Source: Trichoplax adhaerens
Lineage: Eukaryota; Animalia; Placozoa
Assembly (NCBI RefSeq): GCF_000150275.1
Contig: NW_002060949.1
Location: 4,765,915 to 4,829,914 of the forward strand
DNA: 64,000 nucleotides
Direction: 5' to 3'
Shown here: in pieces, positions 28,374 to 41,981 of the stretch
Position numbering within the stretch: position 1 is the stretch's first letter
Layout: every line of letters starts with the position of its first letter
Translations under genes and position numbers: made by a program
Notes under the pieces: generated by a model
What the model saw: only the letters and a program-made list of their open reading frames with translations
The model's database searches: none
What the model was told of the DNA's origin: nothing

Positions 28374-31310
28374 TTTGTACTCTACTTTAGAATACGTTAG
28401 AGTACGCATAGAACACGAGATTAATCACGGTCGAAATACGACGTGACCTTCGAGTTCTCTTATAATTAAATATCCAACTGCTGTAATTTACTTACCCTTA
28501 CCAGAAAATGAACTAATTTTATAATCTATAACCCTGATAACAAGTTATCTACCGCATAGCAGTTAAAATAGGGTATTTATACTACATGGTAGCATTTAAA
28601 ATATTGATACTGCTCTAAAATATTAACGCATTTTCAAAGATTTCCCTGCTAGGTAGAATGATCTATTTTCTCAACTATTTATTAACTTATATCATATAAG
28701 AAATTATTGAATAATTTTGTATTTTATATCCTAAGAATTTACCTTATTGTAAATGAAAATATTATGTTAGTGTCATATTTTTTCTTCCTACCAATTAGGT
28801 ACAATTTCACATTGTAGATAGATGCTATCTGTTACATACAACAATTATAAGTACTCAATTAATTACAGCTGAAAATTTTGACCTTCAGACTTTAGACTTT
28901 GTACATATTTCGGTATTTTACACTTCTAAATTAAATTAAATATTTCATGAAATGAACTCTTTAAAATACTTCTTTAAATGTTATCATAAATTTAGTGATT
29001 TAAAACTATTTCAATCTGTATAGACTAAGATTTATTGTCACATGTTGAATTTAGAAAGCATAATGATGAAAATGTCTTTCGAAAGAGTTCTTATCTATAT
29101 CTACAAATTAATTTATATAGCTATTATTATTCTTTGTTGCAAGCAATAAGCTGACATAATTTTTTAAAGTGTATGTTGCCCCAGATAATCTGATTCATAG
29201 CTATGATTACGGAAGGTTGATGAATTTACATCGTACTTTACCTTTTAAACGAGGCTATTCTATCTAGTGTATGAAATTACTATCTTGCTTACACTATGTC
29301 TTAGGCAGTTCCTTAAATTTGATTAAAATTGTTTACATTGTTCTAATGGTGATTTTGAGTACAAGTAAAAGGAGAGTTGATGCCCGTATTGGGCCTAAAG
29401 ATTCGATTACTTTTAAATTTAGGGATTAATACAGTACTGCATTAATTAGCTCCTTATCAAGGAGTATAAAATTTTAAAAGAGTAAAGCAGAAATACGGTG
29501 CCAAATACGGTATCTAGTTATGGCATTTCTAACTCCTATGTTTTCAATTCTATTAGATCTTTTTTTATCCGTGCGATAAAAATTTATGCAGTTTCGATAC
29601 TTTGCAACAGTTAGATTGCATGATGATGATGCAACAAGACAATTATTAACCAGTCTAAACTAACACTCGATATAGTTTAATTGTCAGTTTGAACAGCTGA
29701 CAACTTTATCTAAGATACTGTTGTAAATCGTGTTATCTCCCTAAATTTGATATTATTATTTGCAATACAAAATAAATAAAACGACGGTCTTTTCTTCGAT
29801 ATTTTAGGGCTTAACAGGTACTATAAGACTATCAAACTATCGGTAAAAATTGTTCGGATAATTGAATATGATTAAATCACAATCTATTGACATAATTTGT
29901 TTTGGAAGAGAAAAATATTTTACTATTGGTCAATCAAGGATAAATTTTCGTAGATCGTAGGTGATTGATGATGTATTCGCAAGATTACGTGTAAGCATCT
30001 TAAGTTTTAATACCGTATAAAAGATGGTAGTAGTAATTACCATGATTAAGATCTCTTCTATGACTTTCACTCGAGAGATGATTAAGTTGCTAGCAGTAAG
30101 CAGATTGTACCTAAATTATTATTACGTCTATTAAAATTCAGTCCTATCACCAGGACACCATTTTGGGCGTATGTATTAGTCTTGCTACTTCTTAACTTAT
30201 TTCTTCAATAACCAAAACAAGTACGTAAATAACTAACCAGGTAATCAAAATTAGAATACAACTCAAGTTACTCTCTTAATATGATCAACTATATAATAAA
30301 AGACGACAACCGATCAATTTCATGCCTACAAGTACGGTAATATACAGTATTTATTTATTTCCTTATGAAAAATTCTTCAATTTTTTATATTATAACTGAT
30401 TAAATGTGTCATGTTGCTGATGAATGTTCTGTGTATGCATACTAATAAGGTATAGGCTGGTAGTGATCTGATTATTAGGTGGGTGATAAAAAAACCTTTG
30501 TCAACAAAGACATGGAGATGCTTGACATCAGAGATATTAAAGAACACCTCCGTACATAAATATTGAATAGCGATGTAGTAAATTGTCTTTCTTGATTCAA
30601 TAATTGACACAGTCATATGCTTGGACAATATGTTAGAATCACTACCCGTCGTGCATTAAAGCCTAATTGATTAGTTACTGTCAGATGATCAATTATTCAG
30701 TCAGAGAATTGGTGTGACGCAGCAATGCTCTAATATTACTGGTAGTCTGCTGAAAGTTCAAATTGTTATGGTAATCTACTTCTTTAAACAAATGATGACC
30801 TTAGACAAGAGAACGAATACGTACTTAACAATGTATTGCAGTTTAGGCTACTGGTCAATTAATTACTTGGTACGACGGGTGCAGATATAACAATGATTGA
30901 ATGCGAAGACGATCATTATAATAACTATAATCACATCGGAATAGGAGAATAGAATAAAACATCGAGATAGTATTGAAAATAGTTCATACACAAGTTGAAC
31001 AGGTAAGAAAGCAACCGAAAATTCAGATAAAAATCATGTAAACATGGGTTATAGTTTCAAGTAGGAGTACTCTAATAAGAGAAAAAATAAAAATAAATAA
31101 AGCGACTAGTATATATGTAGCTTATCTTTTAGCTAATGCCGTAAATTTTTTATTGTTGTTACGTATATCCTGTTAATTTTACATCTCTATAAGGGCTTGA
31201 TGTAATAGATTCGTGATGATATCTTTACAGTATCATCCCCAAGTGTACTCGTGCTTGCTATTTTTCTGCAAGTCAATGATAATAAATATTTACAACGTAA
31301 TCTAGAGATC

Positions 31311-34300
31311 ATGGCTGATACTAATAGCGATATCGAGAAAGAAAAAAAGATCGATGAAGAAGCTGAAGTAGCTAAACCAGTTGATTCTGAAAGTGTTGAA
31401 GAAGAACGTGAAGGTTGGGGTAAAAAAATTGAATTTCTCCTTTGCTGCGTTGGCTATGCAGTTGGAGTTGGCAATGTATTGCGATTTCCATACCTATGCT
31501 ACGAAAATGGCGGCGGTAAGTTATGTCAACGCTTCAACGCATTTTACATTAATCTTATTCGCAACTAGCGGCTGCTGCACAATGCACACCAGTCAGAATT
31601 ATTTTTATAGGCATGATCAGATACAAACCAGAACGATTATTTATACTAAGTAAAGCAATACGGATTAGAATTTTTTTTCTGCAGTACGATCATGTAGCCG
31701 TAAACTCGATAAGAAACAACACGTGTTAAGCGGTAAAAATGTCTTTGTAAAATCTGTCAAGGATACTGAGTTAAAGGGAATGTGTTACTCATGTGGATAA
31801 CAGTTTATTTGGTTGTCTTTGACCTTTTTCTTTGATGCAGTTTTTGTAGAGTAATCAAAATGATGAGAATAAAAAGTTATTCAGTTAGATCTACATTAAA
31901 AAATAATACTGGAGCTACGAGATTTCCACATCTACGTGACTCGCCATTACAGTTTCACATCACTACTATAGAGCATGAAATCTTGGATAAGAGCTCTTCC
32001 CAAAAATACAGTGCAAAAACTTTATGTAATAAATTCTATTGAAGATAACGTACTTCTTCACTGCTAAGTAGATATAAGATGTAGAGCTATTTTGAATTTA
32101 TACGCGTATCTCAGTAAACTTACTACAGCATAGAAGTATTCAAGCTTGTACTTGTAGGCGTATTAATTATCTTAAGATTTAGTAAGGCTCATTCTTGAGC
32201 ATTTCCAAATTTTTGTTCTATTCTAAAAATATGATTATAGACTGTTTTTCAGTAGCAAGTACTCTAAAAAAAGGTTACCATTAAATAAGAAATCTATGAA
32301 AAGTTGAACTAATGTAAAATACATGTATAGTAGCAACTAGTCTAGTTTTAAGGCGCTTGCTGGAAACATAATTGCTTCGATAAATACAGTTTATTATTTT
32401 TCTAGGCTTTATACGATTTTTTTTGTTTGCCAACTAGCCTCTAGCAATGATTTATAAGGTCAGTGTTGGCTAAAATCTTTTTTTTTATCTAGGGGCATTT
32501 CTGATTCCATACTTTCTATGCATGATATTTTGTGGCATACCGCTGATTGCGTTAGAATTTGCTATTGGGCAATACTGGCAGAAAGGACCTACCGTGGTCT
32601 TTTTACATCTATGTCCGCTATTAAGTGGTTCGTACTCGTATTGCATTTTTATTCAATTACAGCCATTTATCATTTTGCATGATTAATTCGACCAAGTAGA
32701 TGTTATCATAAGAATGGCTTCAATATTATATAAGCTATGTGATACAGGAAAGTAAAATACACTCTTATTTTTATTGTATTTAAAAATATCTAGGGATTGG
32801 CTATTGCATGATTATGATATCTTTCCTAGTGTCTACCTATTACATCAGTTTGCTTGTTTGGGTTCTTTATTACTTATTCAGCAGTTTTGGTAATCCATTG
32901 CCTTGGTTAACTTGTGATAACCCATGGAATACACCAAACTGCGTTGTCTATAATAGATCAAATCCAAACCTAACTGGGACTTCACCAAGCGAAGAATTTT
33001 TAAAGTTAGTTCGATAAATTCATGACAGCCTATTTACGCTAATAGATTTTAACTAAATTTCCAATCGTTTTCATTAACGACTCATTCACTTCTACAATCA
33101 ACTACTATAGATTTAATTATGGCCTCAATACCTACTATTTTTCAAGGAAAAATGGGGGTTATGTAATACTTATGATCAATTTTTTTTAGCGAAAAAGTTC
33201 TAAATATGACCAGTTCGCCGTCAGAAATCGGAATTGTGAAGTGGGATCTGGTTCTACTACTCTTGTTGTCATGGATTATCATTTATTTTTGCTCATTCAA
33301 GGGCGTTCAATGGACTGGAAAGGTATGACACCGCACGCTATAGCTACTATTTAAGTGTAGATCGTATGCAGTACAAAAGGAAATGTAAAATTTTTTAAAT
33401 CGCTGGTTTTTTAATTTGTTGTGCATCTGATATATTGAAACAAAAATCTTTCTGAAAACAAATCGCAAATCAAAATTGATGGTATACTTTGATATCATAG
33501 TTAGTGCTGATGTTCTGTTTAAAAAATTACCGCTTTTGAAAATATTGTCTTTTTGTATATAGAAATTGCAAGTTAGTGAAATGACTGTATTGTGGTATAT
33601 ATACACATTGCATTTTGAAGCTTCACTAAATATATATACTATAGGTTTAGTTTATTTAAAAACCGATAGCTACCATACTACTACAACTGCATTGCAGGAT
33701 ATTTCTTTTATACGCATGCACTTTGCTATTATTAAATTTCATCGCGTTATTTATATAAGATATGGAACAAGTACTTACGTTTCGGTTGAACTTAAAAAAT
33801 AAATAAACTTCAATAAATCTATTCATTGGCGTAGTAGCTAGTCAATAATAGATAATAATAACATTCATCTATTAATACTGAGTTGATCAATTGTAGATTT
33901 TTAAATACGTGAACTCATGACATGAACTCATATGCTCTAATTTTGTGATAGGTCGTTTACTTTACGGCAACATTCCCTTATCTTGTTTTGATCATCCTTT
34001 TCATCCGTGGACTTACCTTGGAAGGTGCTGGTGATGGTCTTTACTTTTATTTAAGTCCAAAGTTTGAGCTGCTACGAAGTATAGATGTAATACGCTTATT
34101 TTTTAATACCATTCATATTCTTATTGACAATACGATGTTATTCAGGATACAAAACATGTCACTAATGCAATTAAAAATGGATGATTCATAATGTTTTAAA
34201 AATAAAATTCAATTATAACTCCATTCTATCTTACAGTAAGTTTGCTTTCATACTCTGTATCTTTTTAGGTTTGGAAAAAAGCAGGAACTCAGATCTTTTA

Positions 34301-37300
34301 TTCCTTAGGCATCGGCTTTGGTAGCTTAATTGCTTACTCTAGTTATAACAAGAGAGACAATAATGTTATAAAGTATGTCAACTCCAATGAATACTATTAA
34401 TTTATAATCAATTTACGTACAATGTATCAGGAATTATAGGTAGAATACGATTTCATATCATAAGTGAATTAGTTGCATTCGATTGTAATAGATTATAGCA
34501 AAATCAAGAAAAATAGAAACTTCATAATTATAATATTGGGTGCTATAGGGATGCGGTTGGTTTGGCACTTATAAACTGTGGGACCAGCTTTTTTGCTGGA
34601 TTTGCCATATTTTCTATGATGGGCCATATGTCACGCAAACTGAATGTACCAGTCGAACGAGTGGTAGCTGAAGGTAAATTTAAATATTTACATAATTATC
34701 TAAATATAGTAATCGCTTCTATTAAGCTAAAGTAAGGCAAGAATAGACTGTAGACAACTTAGATCTGTACAATGATATTTTCTGTAATATAAATTCTATC
34801 TCTACGCAGTCTAGATTTGCTGCATGATATAGATGTACCAAATAATATTACGTTATAGTTTAATTTATAGATATTTTACTTATACTTTATCCGAGTGGCT
34901 TCTAAATTAACGGATTGTCACAATTTCGTGGCTTCTAAATTAATGGATTGTCACAATTTCACTTCTGTGACAAGGTAACGTACAGTAAAAGTCCATAAGT
35001 AGCTACTGACTTAAACGCCCTTTTACTTAACGTTAAACACACTCAGCAAAATACTGTAAAGATGAAACTTTTATTAGCAAAGATACATCTACCACTTTTT
35101 ACCACCACACTCATCTCAAATGTTCCCGTTTATATAGGAACCGTCTAATTTGTAAATAACAACGGTGTTATTATTATACCTTACTAGGAGAAATATCTCG
35201 AACTGAGATATCCCTTACATAGCTTTTCTATCAGTAAATATTTTGAATCTCTTACGCATACTTAATCTTAATCTAAGCTCGTAGGTTGTCTAATTCAACT
35301 ATTATCAACTAGAATTTGAATCATCTTACTGCTATCTATCGCACAATAACAATCAATATCAAATATGTAATGAACTCTTACAAACAACATCCACGTTAAG
35401 GCATTACTTATCTTACCTAGCACTACAAATATGAATATTCTCCATACTAGCTACTACTGTGCTTATTAAACTATCCTAATGACAAGGCAACACCATAACA
35501 TGGATTTACTTAACCACGTGAAGTACAAATTGTCGATGTTGATACTTATTAATGTCTGTATTACGATGATATTTTTGTCCAACGTTCATGGCGAAAATAG
35601 GTCCTGGATTAGCTTTCATAATATATCCAGCAGGGTTAGCGACTCTACCAGCAGCTCAGTTTTGGTCGGTGTTATTTTTCTTTATGCTAATCACCTTAGC
35701 CTTGGATAGTCAGGTATAATGTGTTACTGTATTTAAATCTAATGTAGATAGAAATATAAAAGACAAACTATTGAGCTATGAAATTATGGAAATACTTGTA
35801 AAATTTTAATAGCTCGTTACATAAAAATTTAGTTTGGAATGGTTGAATCAGTAGCGACTGGTATTGAAGACGCTTTTGCAAAACATTTACGTGGTAAGAA
35901 GCCGTTGACGGTTGGGGTCTTGTGCGTGGTGCAATTTCTGTTTAGTATCGCATGTGTAACTCAGGTAAGTCGAATTGATATCTAAATTTTAACCGTTCTA
36001 ATTGTTATCATTCTTCTAGCATAACAAGAATTGAGATCAATTTATTAATATTTGCCTATTCGATTATTATGATCTGTATTTAATAGGGTGGCATTTATAT
36101 CTACTATATTTTCGATTCATATTCTGGATCTACTGCGTTGATATTGGCCGTAGCCGTAGAATCGTTAACTATAAGCTGGATTTATGGTAAATCATTTTGA
36201 ATCAGTGTTTTAATGATAATTTTTGTATATTTTGATTCGGTGAAAACTCTTATAGCCGATAATGATATAGATTTTTATTAACTTGTTACAGTACAAGCAT
36301 ATGCGTAAATAGAGTATACCTTATCAGCAAAACAAGTAATTATAATGTTATAATTTATTTAGTGTAGTTAGCCTTGGGCTATAGCCTATTGGTACTATTT
36401 TAGCTAATTTTGGAAACTTGCAAATATCATTTTATTTAAGATTTTATTGGTGTAAAATTAGTCCGTAGAGTAGTTATAATATAAATGTACAAAATTGATA
36501 AGGAAATTTGCTGATATACTCTTACATTAACTTTAAAATCTTTATAGCAACATTATTAAACAGCTTTTAGATAATACAATTACAAACTTTGGAATATAAT
36601 TCGAAAAGTCAACTTATTTTAACTGACTCATTCTACTTTCCATTGGTTTTGTTACTTACGACGAAAATTCTGTTAAATATTGACAGGTGTAAACAGAATG
36701 GCTCGTAATATAGAAATAATGAAAGGCTCTCCAGTTTGGTTTGGTTGGAAAATCTTTTGGGCTGTTATTACTCCAGGATTTATGATTGTACGTACAAATA
36801 ATTTTGATCGGCCATCATTTTGCTTATATTATAGCCATTAATCAAGTTCATTATTTTAGACTAGAATCGAATAAGGGATACTCTATTAAATGTTAAAAGC
36901 GTATAAGAGTACAATATACTGTCGTTGTATATATAATCATGAAAGGGCAATATTAAGTAATTGAAGTATTTTGCATTTCTAATATCATCGATATTGATGT
37001 AGATTAGACTAATATATTTATACAATATACTATCATTGTATGTATAATTATCAAAGAGCGACATTAAGTAATTGAATTATTTTGCATTTCTAATATTATT
37101 GATATTGATGTAGATTAGACTAATATATAGATGAGCTAAATTTAAATATATCTTGATTGCAGGTAATTTTCGTGTATAGTATTATTGATTACGCACCACT
37201 TAAATACGGCGGTAAGCGTTATCCGTGGTGGGGAGATTTTATTGGTTGGGTCATGACTGGGCTTTGCATTATTAGTATCATTATTCCTGGTCTAGTTCTG

Positions 37301-37827
37301 TTAATTAGGGAGAAGGGTACCCTTAAAGAGGTGAAAAGATAATGAATAATGATAAGTTTTAATTCATCGAGTTAATGCTATCTTAATTAATACAAAATTA
37401 ATATGTGAATGTTTATATCATCATGAAATATGATAATGCTATAGCTTATATCTATACAGACTGGATATACTTAGTTATGCTTCTATTTAGTTCTAGTAAC
37501 GATAGAAGTTGTCTTAATGGCACGAAATAGGCTGCCAATAACAGCCACATATATATTACATCATTCCGATAATACTGATGATAATTTTTCTCTTGCTTAA
37601 AACAAATCGTAGTCAGATCAAGTTGCATCATTCTTGCTTCACCTCACAAAATTTCCATTTTTAACTTTTACTAGCGATTGATCAAGTTGTGCTATGTACC
37701 AGACTCCGCAGCTGAGATAGCTTTTATGAAGGAAAAGAAGGGTTATTCTGAAGAAGAAGTATCATCATTGCCAGAAAAAACAGTATTTACAGGAACTGCA
37801 CCCCTCAATTATGAGTCCAACGTTTAA
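31311..37827 (+). CDS. SLC6/NSS sodium- and chloride-dependent amino-acid-type transporter, ~604 aa, 13 coding exons
   Basis: Exons 31311-31515, 32493-32627, 32794-33004, 33190-33322, 33952-34086, 34269-34372, 34549-34673, 35601-35713, 35833-35964, 36087-36186, 36687-36787, 37163-37330, 37675-37827 join in frame. Motifs: [84 protein letters not shown] probable 5'UTR exon ends at ~31002 (AACAG|GTAAGA). Confidence 0.95.
34949..35500 (-). mobile_element. Solo LTR (552 bp), copy 1, in an SLC6 intron
   Basis: Begins TGTCACAAT and ends CCATAACA, flanked by 5-bp TSD TGGAT (34944-34948 / 35501-35505). Colinear along its length with 45083-45632. On the minus strand a TATA-like motif (~35130) precedes AATAAA (~35070). 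Confidence 0.88.
36910..37128. repeat. Intronic tandem duplication, ~110-bp unit x2
   Basis: TACAATATACT...ATTAAGTAATTGAA..TATTTTGCATTTCTAATAT..GATATTGATGTAGATTAGACTAATATAT repeats at 36911 and 37021. Confidence 0.9.
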
Positions 37828-40642
37828 TATTTACACTAATAATGCGAATAATGATATTTTTTTCTTTACATGTAAGTTACGGTACAAGTTTCGTTTTATT
37901 CTCCAGTTTAATTAAGTCGGTGTACTGATAATTATAAAGGATTTGTGCGTACTCTGTAGCTCTATATTGACTACTTTAATTTCATTTTTACGGCATTCCT
38001 TTTGATATGCTTAGTTAACACAATTGAGTAAGATACAAATGTCAAATTACTCCATAGGTGTACACTACACAATACAGTATTGCTTGATAGTAATTAAAAG
38101 AAACAAAAAGACTCCAGTTTCTAAATTAAGCATTAACAGCGAGTAGTGAGTTTTCAAGACTATAGCGCAGGATACTAAATAGCGTTTGAATAATATCCTG
38201 TATTGACTTAGCTGATTTAAGCTAACAGTTATACATAGTGCGCAAGGTAGTATCGCTAGGTATAAAAATGTTACACGGTGTAGCTGAAACTTGCATACTA
38301 TATTATGCCTTATCTTCACCCAATAAAATTATACACTTAAAGGGCTGCAGTGCAGCCGTATCTAATCCGTTGGGTTCACTTTGACGCTATGTAAACAGAA
38401 AATTTTTGTTATACTGTAAGATAGTCTACGGATACTATAAACTATAGTCTACAGGTATAGTAGTAAAGCTGTGCACTTCTGCACAAACAGCGTCAAAAAT
38501 CAATTACTATTAGTTGATGGAGTAAAATGGAATTAGAGCTCGCTGTTGGTGGGGGGGGGGGGAGTAGATATAACTGGTGAAGTAATATCCGTTCGCATAA
38601 CATAATACTTTAATGGATTCACTAGTCATTGTTATTTTAAAATTTTCTCTTCCTTATTTAGCTCGTATCAGCAATTCACTATATCGCTACTTCAACGAAA
38701 ATCAACACAACACGGATAAATTATAGTCACTAAAAATAGGGTAAACAGAAGTATAACTTTTTGATCGTCTTCTAATGCACGTAAATGTTTGTAATGTGTA
38801 CGGAAAAGTTACCGATACATTAGCACATAATTATAATTGGCCATTTTGGTTTATTTACTAATGTTGATGCAAGATACAGTAGGTTGTGAAGCGCTGCCTG
38901 AATTGGAATTTATAGTTCTTGATAGCTATTTTTAAATAGCTACTGCAGTTATTATGGTCGCAGAAAAATCGTTCCAACGTTGCGGTTTCTGGTAAGATTA
39001 ATGTTCAAGGACTGTGAATGTGGGGGAGGGAGAGGGGAGAAAGAGAGAGAATACCAACAGGATACTTTTAGGCTTCTTAGTGTTTAGTAACTGTTATTGT
39101 CAGACTAAATTATGCTTTACATTTCAACAGCAACACATATCATCATTTCACTATTACCGTTGTCATGTTTACTGCAGGAAAATAAGTTCTATAGCGAGAC
39201 TCCTAGTAATTACAAGTGGCGTCGCTAGATCTTAATGGACTACTGGTATCAAGGGTTACATTTAGGGCGTTGAGATGGTCGTTGGCTGTTAAAAGAAGGA
39301 TATAAAAGACTGGCTCCATTAGGAGGGAGACAGTCGCTAGCCTGAGAGTTAGCTGTACCGTATACACTGTCTACGTGGTCTAATTTTTACTACTGTAATA
39401 TTCAACAATGATCATTAAGTAATAAAACTATTTTTAACCGCTATCGTGAGAGACTAATTCTACGTGTATATTATTGTTTGACTAGATTAGACTTGAGGTA
39501 GAAGTAGTACTTTATTACAGAGTATTTATCGATATAGAGTTGATATTTATTATACCGTAAAAGGTAATATATAGGCTACTATGGCTAAGTGTGGAAACGC
39601 AGCTTGTAGTACAGTTGTAGTATAGTCGTAGAACTTTATCATGGGATTGCACAACCATCAAAAAGTCATAAAGCTCTATCAGGAATATTACAGTCTACAA
39701 GCCTATGTGATAATAACAGTGTAATATGATATCGGATATATCATGTACTGCTGGAGTCTAAAATATGGTTGGAGATATGATGAGACAACGAATCTGTTCT
39801 GTAAAGCAATGGAATTCTCCTTATTTTATTTCGTTTACCGAGCAAAGCGTATTATTATGCATGCAACAACAGCGCACCATGAAGAAACTGTATTGACTAT
39901 ATCTATAAGTTATGATACAAGATAAGATACGATATTATATTACGGGCGTTATTACGATAGGAGAGAATAAACCTAAAAACGCCATGATTTTAATTGCCGG
40001 CTGCTGTCAAGTGGGTCTCAAATTAGTGAATTATATATATATAGTCAATTGAATTAATGTGGTAGATCAAAATGCATCTTGATCTGGTTATGAAATAGCT
40101 TGATGCTATTACACTTGGAGAAGCAGTCGAGATAAGCCTACAGTGGTACAGTGAAAGGAAAATTTATTTTGTCCTTGATTTGTAATAAAGGAGAAAATAC
40201 AACTGGAAATTTTTCTCCTTTCTACGGGTATTACATACAGTCCGGTAGCTTTTTTTCAAGTCAAGAAATAATCAAGACCTTCCTCATTGATTTTGATTCG
40301 GTGTTTGAACACATAGGGTATGCTACAAGCCAAGTCTAACGTTAATCTACTGTCTTGGGATTAGGAATGAAGTTCGGCGTGGAGTTTACTGCCAAAACCA
40401 AGTAGGGAAAGGTAATGTTTTCGTTTTACTATACAATATTGGACAATTTCCGATATTACGGAAGCATTTGCCAATCGCAATGCTGATATAGTTGTTGTTC
40501 AAGGGATAGACAACGTTAGACTAAATAAACTCAATCAAGAGGATAAAGTATACAGTCGACGCATAGCACAGTAGAGTGATATTACTCATGTTCGGAATAT
40601 TTTTACAATGCTGCACTAGGCTACAGTCGCTGACAAGTGATC

Positions 40643-41020
40643 TTGTTGGGGGCGAATTGACGTCATCGCTTCATTTTATAGAACAGACTCGGATTTTATA
40701 GAGTCGCCGATGGAACGACGACTCTATAACATAGCCGGCGATCGTATATATGAACGAGGCCGGATACGAAATGGGTCATTTTGCACTCGACTAAAGGAAA
40801 TAATGTTCCTATGCTGAGGTTGAGGCACCGAAAACTATGATCAACTTATATTTACGCGTATATTGATTCTATTTATTTACGCTTTTAGCTGCCTAAACCT
40901 CAGCATAGGAAATTATTTCCTTTAGTCGAGTGCAAAACGGCCGATTTGCCTGTTGGCCTCGTTCATACTGTACGTACAGTACACTGTACAGTACTGTACA
41001 CTGTCAATTCGCCCCAACAA
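40643..41020. mobile_element. Nested foldback / MITE-like element
   Basis: Outer inverted repeat TTGTTGGGGGCGAATTGAC (40643-40661) / GTCAATTCGCCCCAACAA (41003-41020). Inner ~78-bp inverted arms at ~40750-40828 and ~40890-40967 (TGAACGAGGCC...TTTTGCACTCGACTAAAGGAAATAA..TTCCTATGCTGAGGTT), bounded by TA. Confidence 0.7.
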
Positions 41021-41107
41021 TACAGTACAGTACAGTACCAAGTGGGCGTTGGACTCTACAGTCTACAGTACTGTAGGCGCTGTGATTGTAGGACAGGGCA
41101 GGGGCCC

Positions 41108-41252
41108 CAGGGGGTGAGCTATTAAAGAAAAAATTTTACCCTGCACCACGTTTTCCGTCAAAATTTCCCTACCGACCAAGGTTTTTTTAGACGGTAGGGA
41201 GATTTTGACGGAAAACGGGGGGAGGGTGCAATTTTTTCTTTAGTAGTCCCTG
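41108..41252. mobile_element. Palindromic MITE-like element with CAGGG...CCCTG ends
   Basis: ~55-bp inverted arms at 41119-41174 and 41192-41246 (CGTTTTCCGTCAAAATTTCCCTACCG / CGGTAGGGAGATTTTGACGGAAAACG). No clear TSD. Confidence 0.6.
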
Positions 41253-41639
41253 ATTTAGCTATACTGTAGTTGATATCACTGCGCTCAAGCGACAGAAGAT
41301 ACAGTACAATCTAGAGTACTGTACAGTATAGATTATAACGGTTTGAACCGAACCGAACCTTCCTCAGATCTAGTACAGTACTGTAGACATGGAATGAATG
41401 ACAGTAGTGTACTGTAGACTGCACACAGTATCCGAGAAATTTTTCCTAATTTTAACTAAAACAAAAATAAAATGAATGTACAGAACTTGAACAAATTACT
41501 TATCAAACGATAGTAAATGAGTCTATTAATGCGAATCTGTTAATTTAATTTGCGTACAATATCCAGATCTTTCACAAATTAAGTTGAAAGTGAAATCGTT
41601 ACTCTCCAAATTCGCCGACATTACAGTGCCTAAAAATCT

Positions 41640-41815
41640 CTACAGTATACTAATCACCTTGCTACAGTACAAAGTAATCCTGGAAATTCTTACGGACCCA
41701 CAATCTGTAGCGTACAGTGTATTGTGCACAGTACAGTCATACACTACAGTACTGTACTGTACTGTACTGTGCTCCATGGTACAGTACAGTACGGTACTGT
41801 ATGCTGTATCGCTGA
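41640..41815 (+). promoter_or_regulatory. TACAGT/ACTGTA motif cluster, putative PRODH core promoter
   Basis: Dense TACAGTA/TACTGTA runs (e.g. ACTACAGTACTGTACTGTACTGTACTGT) end ~170 bp upstream of the PRODH ATG. Further clusters lie at 40965-41075 and 41300-41430. Confidence 0.6.
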
Positions 41816-41981
41816 CGGTGACCTTACATCCAATACGGTACGACCGTATGCTAGCGGCGGACTGTCCTCCGAGATTTAATTCATGAATTATACAGACGTT
41901 TTCAAAATAGAAATTTGGGACTGTTGGATCCGTTGTGGTTGATCTTGAAATAGTTATTATTATTATTAACAGGTTAATACT

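Noticed and set aside
40187-40221. Perfect 11-bp inverted repeat AAAGGAGAAAA/TTTTCTCCTTT
   Set aside because: Short and low-complexity; plausible by chance in AT-rich DNA.
41584-41886. ORFs over TACAGT-rich tracts (also 20439-20651, 53833-54108, 54180-54479)
   Set aside because: The Y/C/T/V-rich translations are by-products of the repeated promoter motif.
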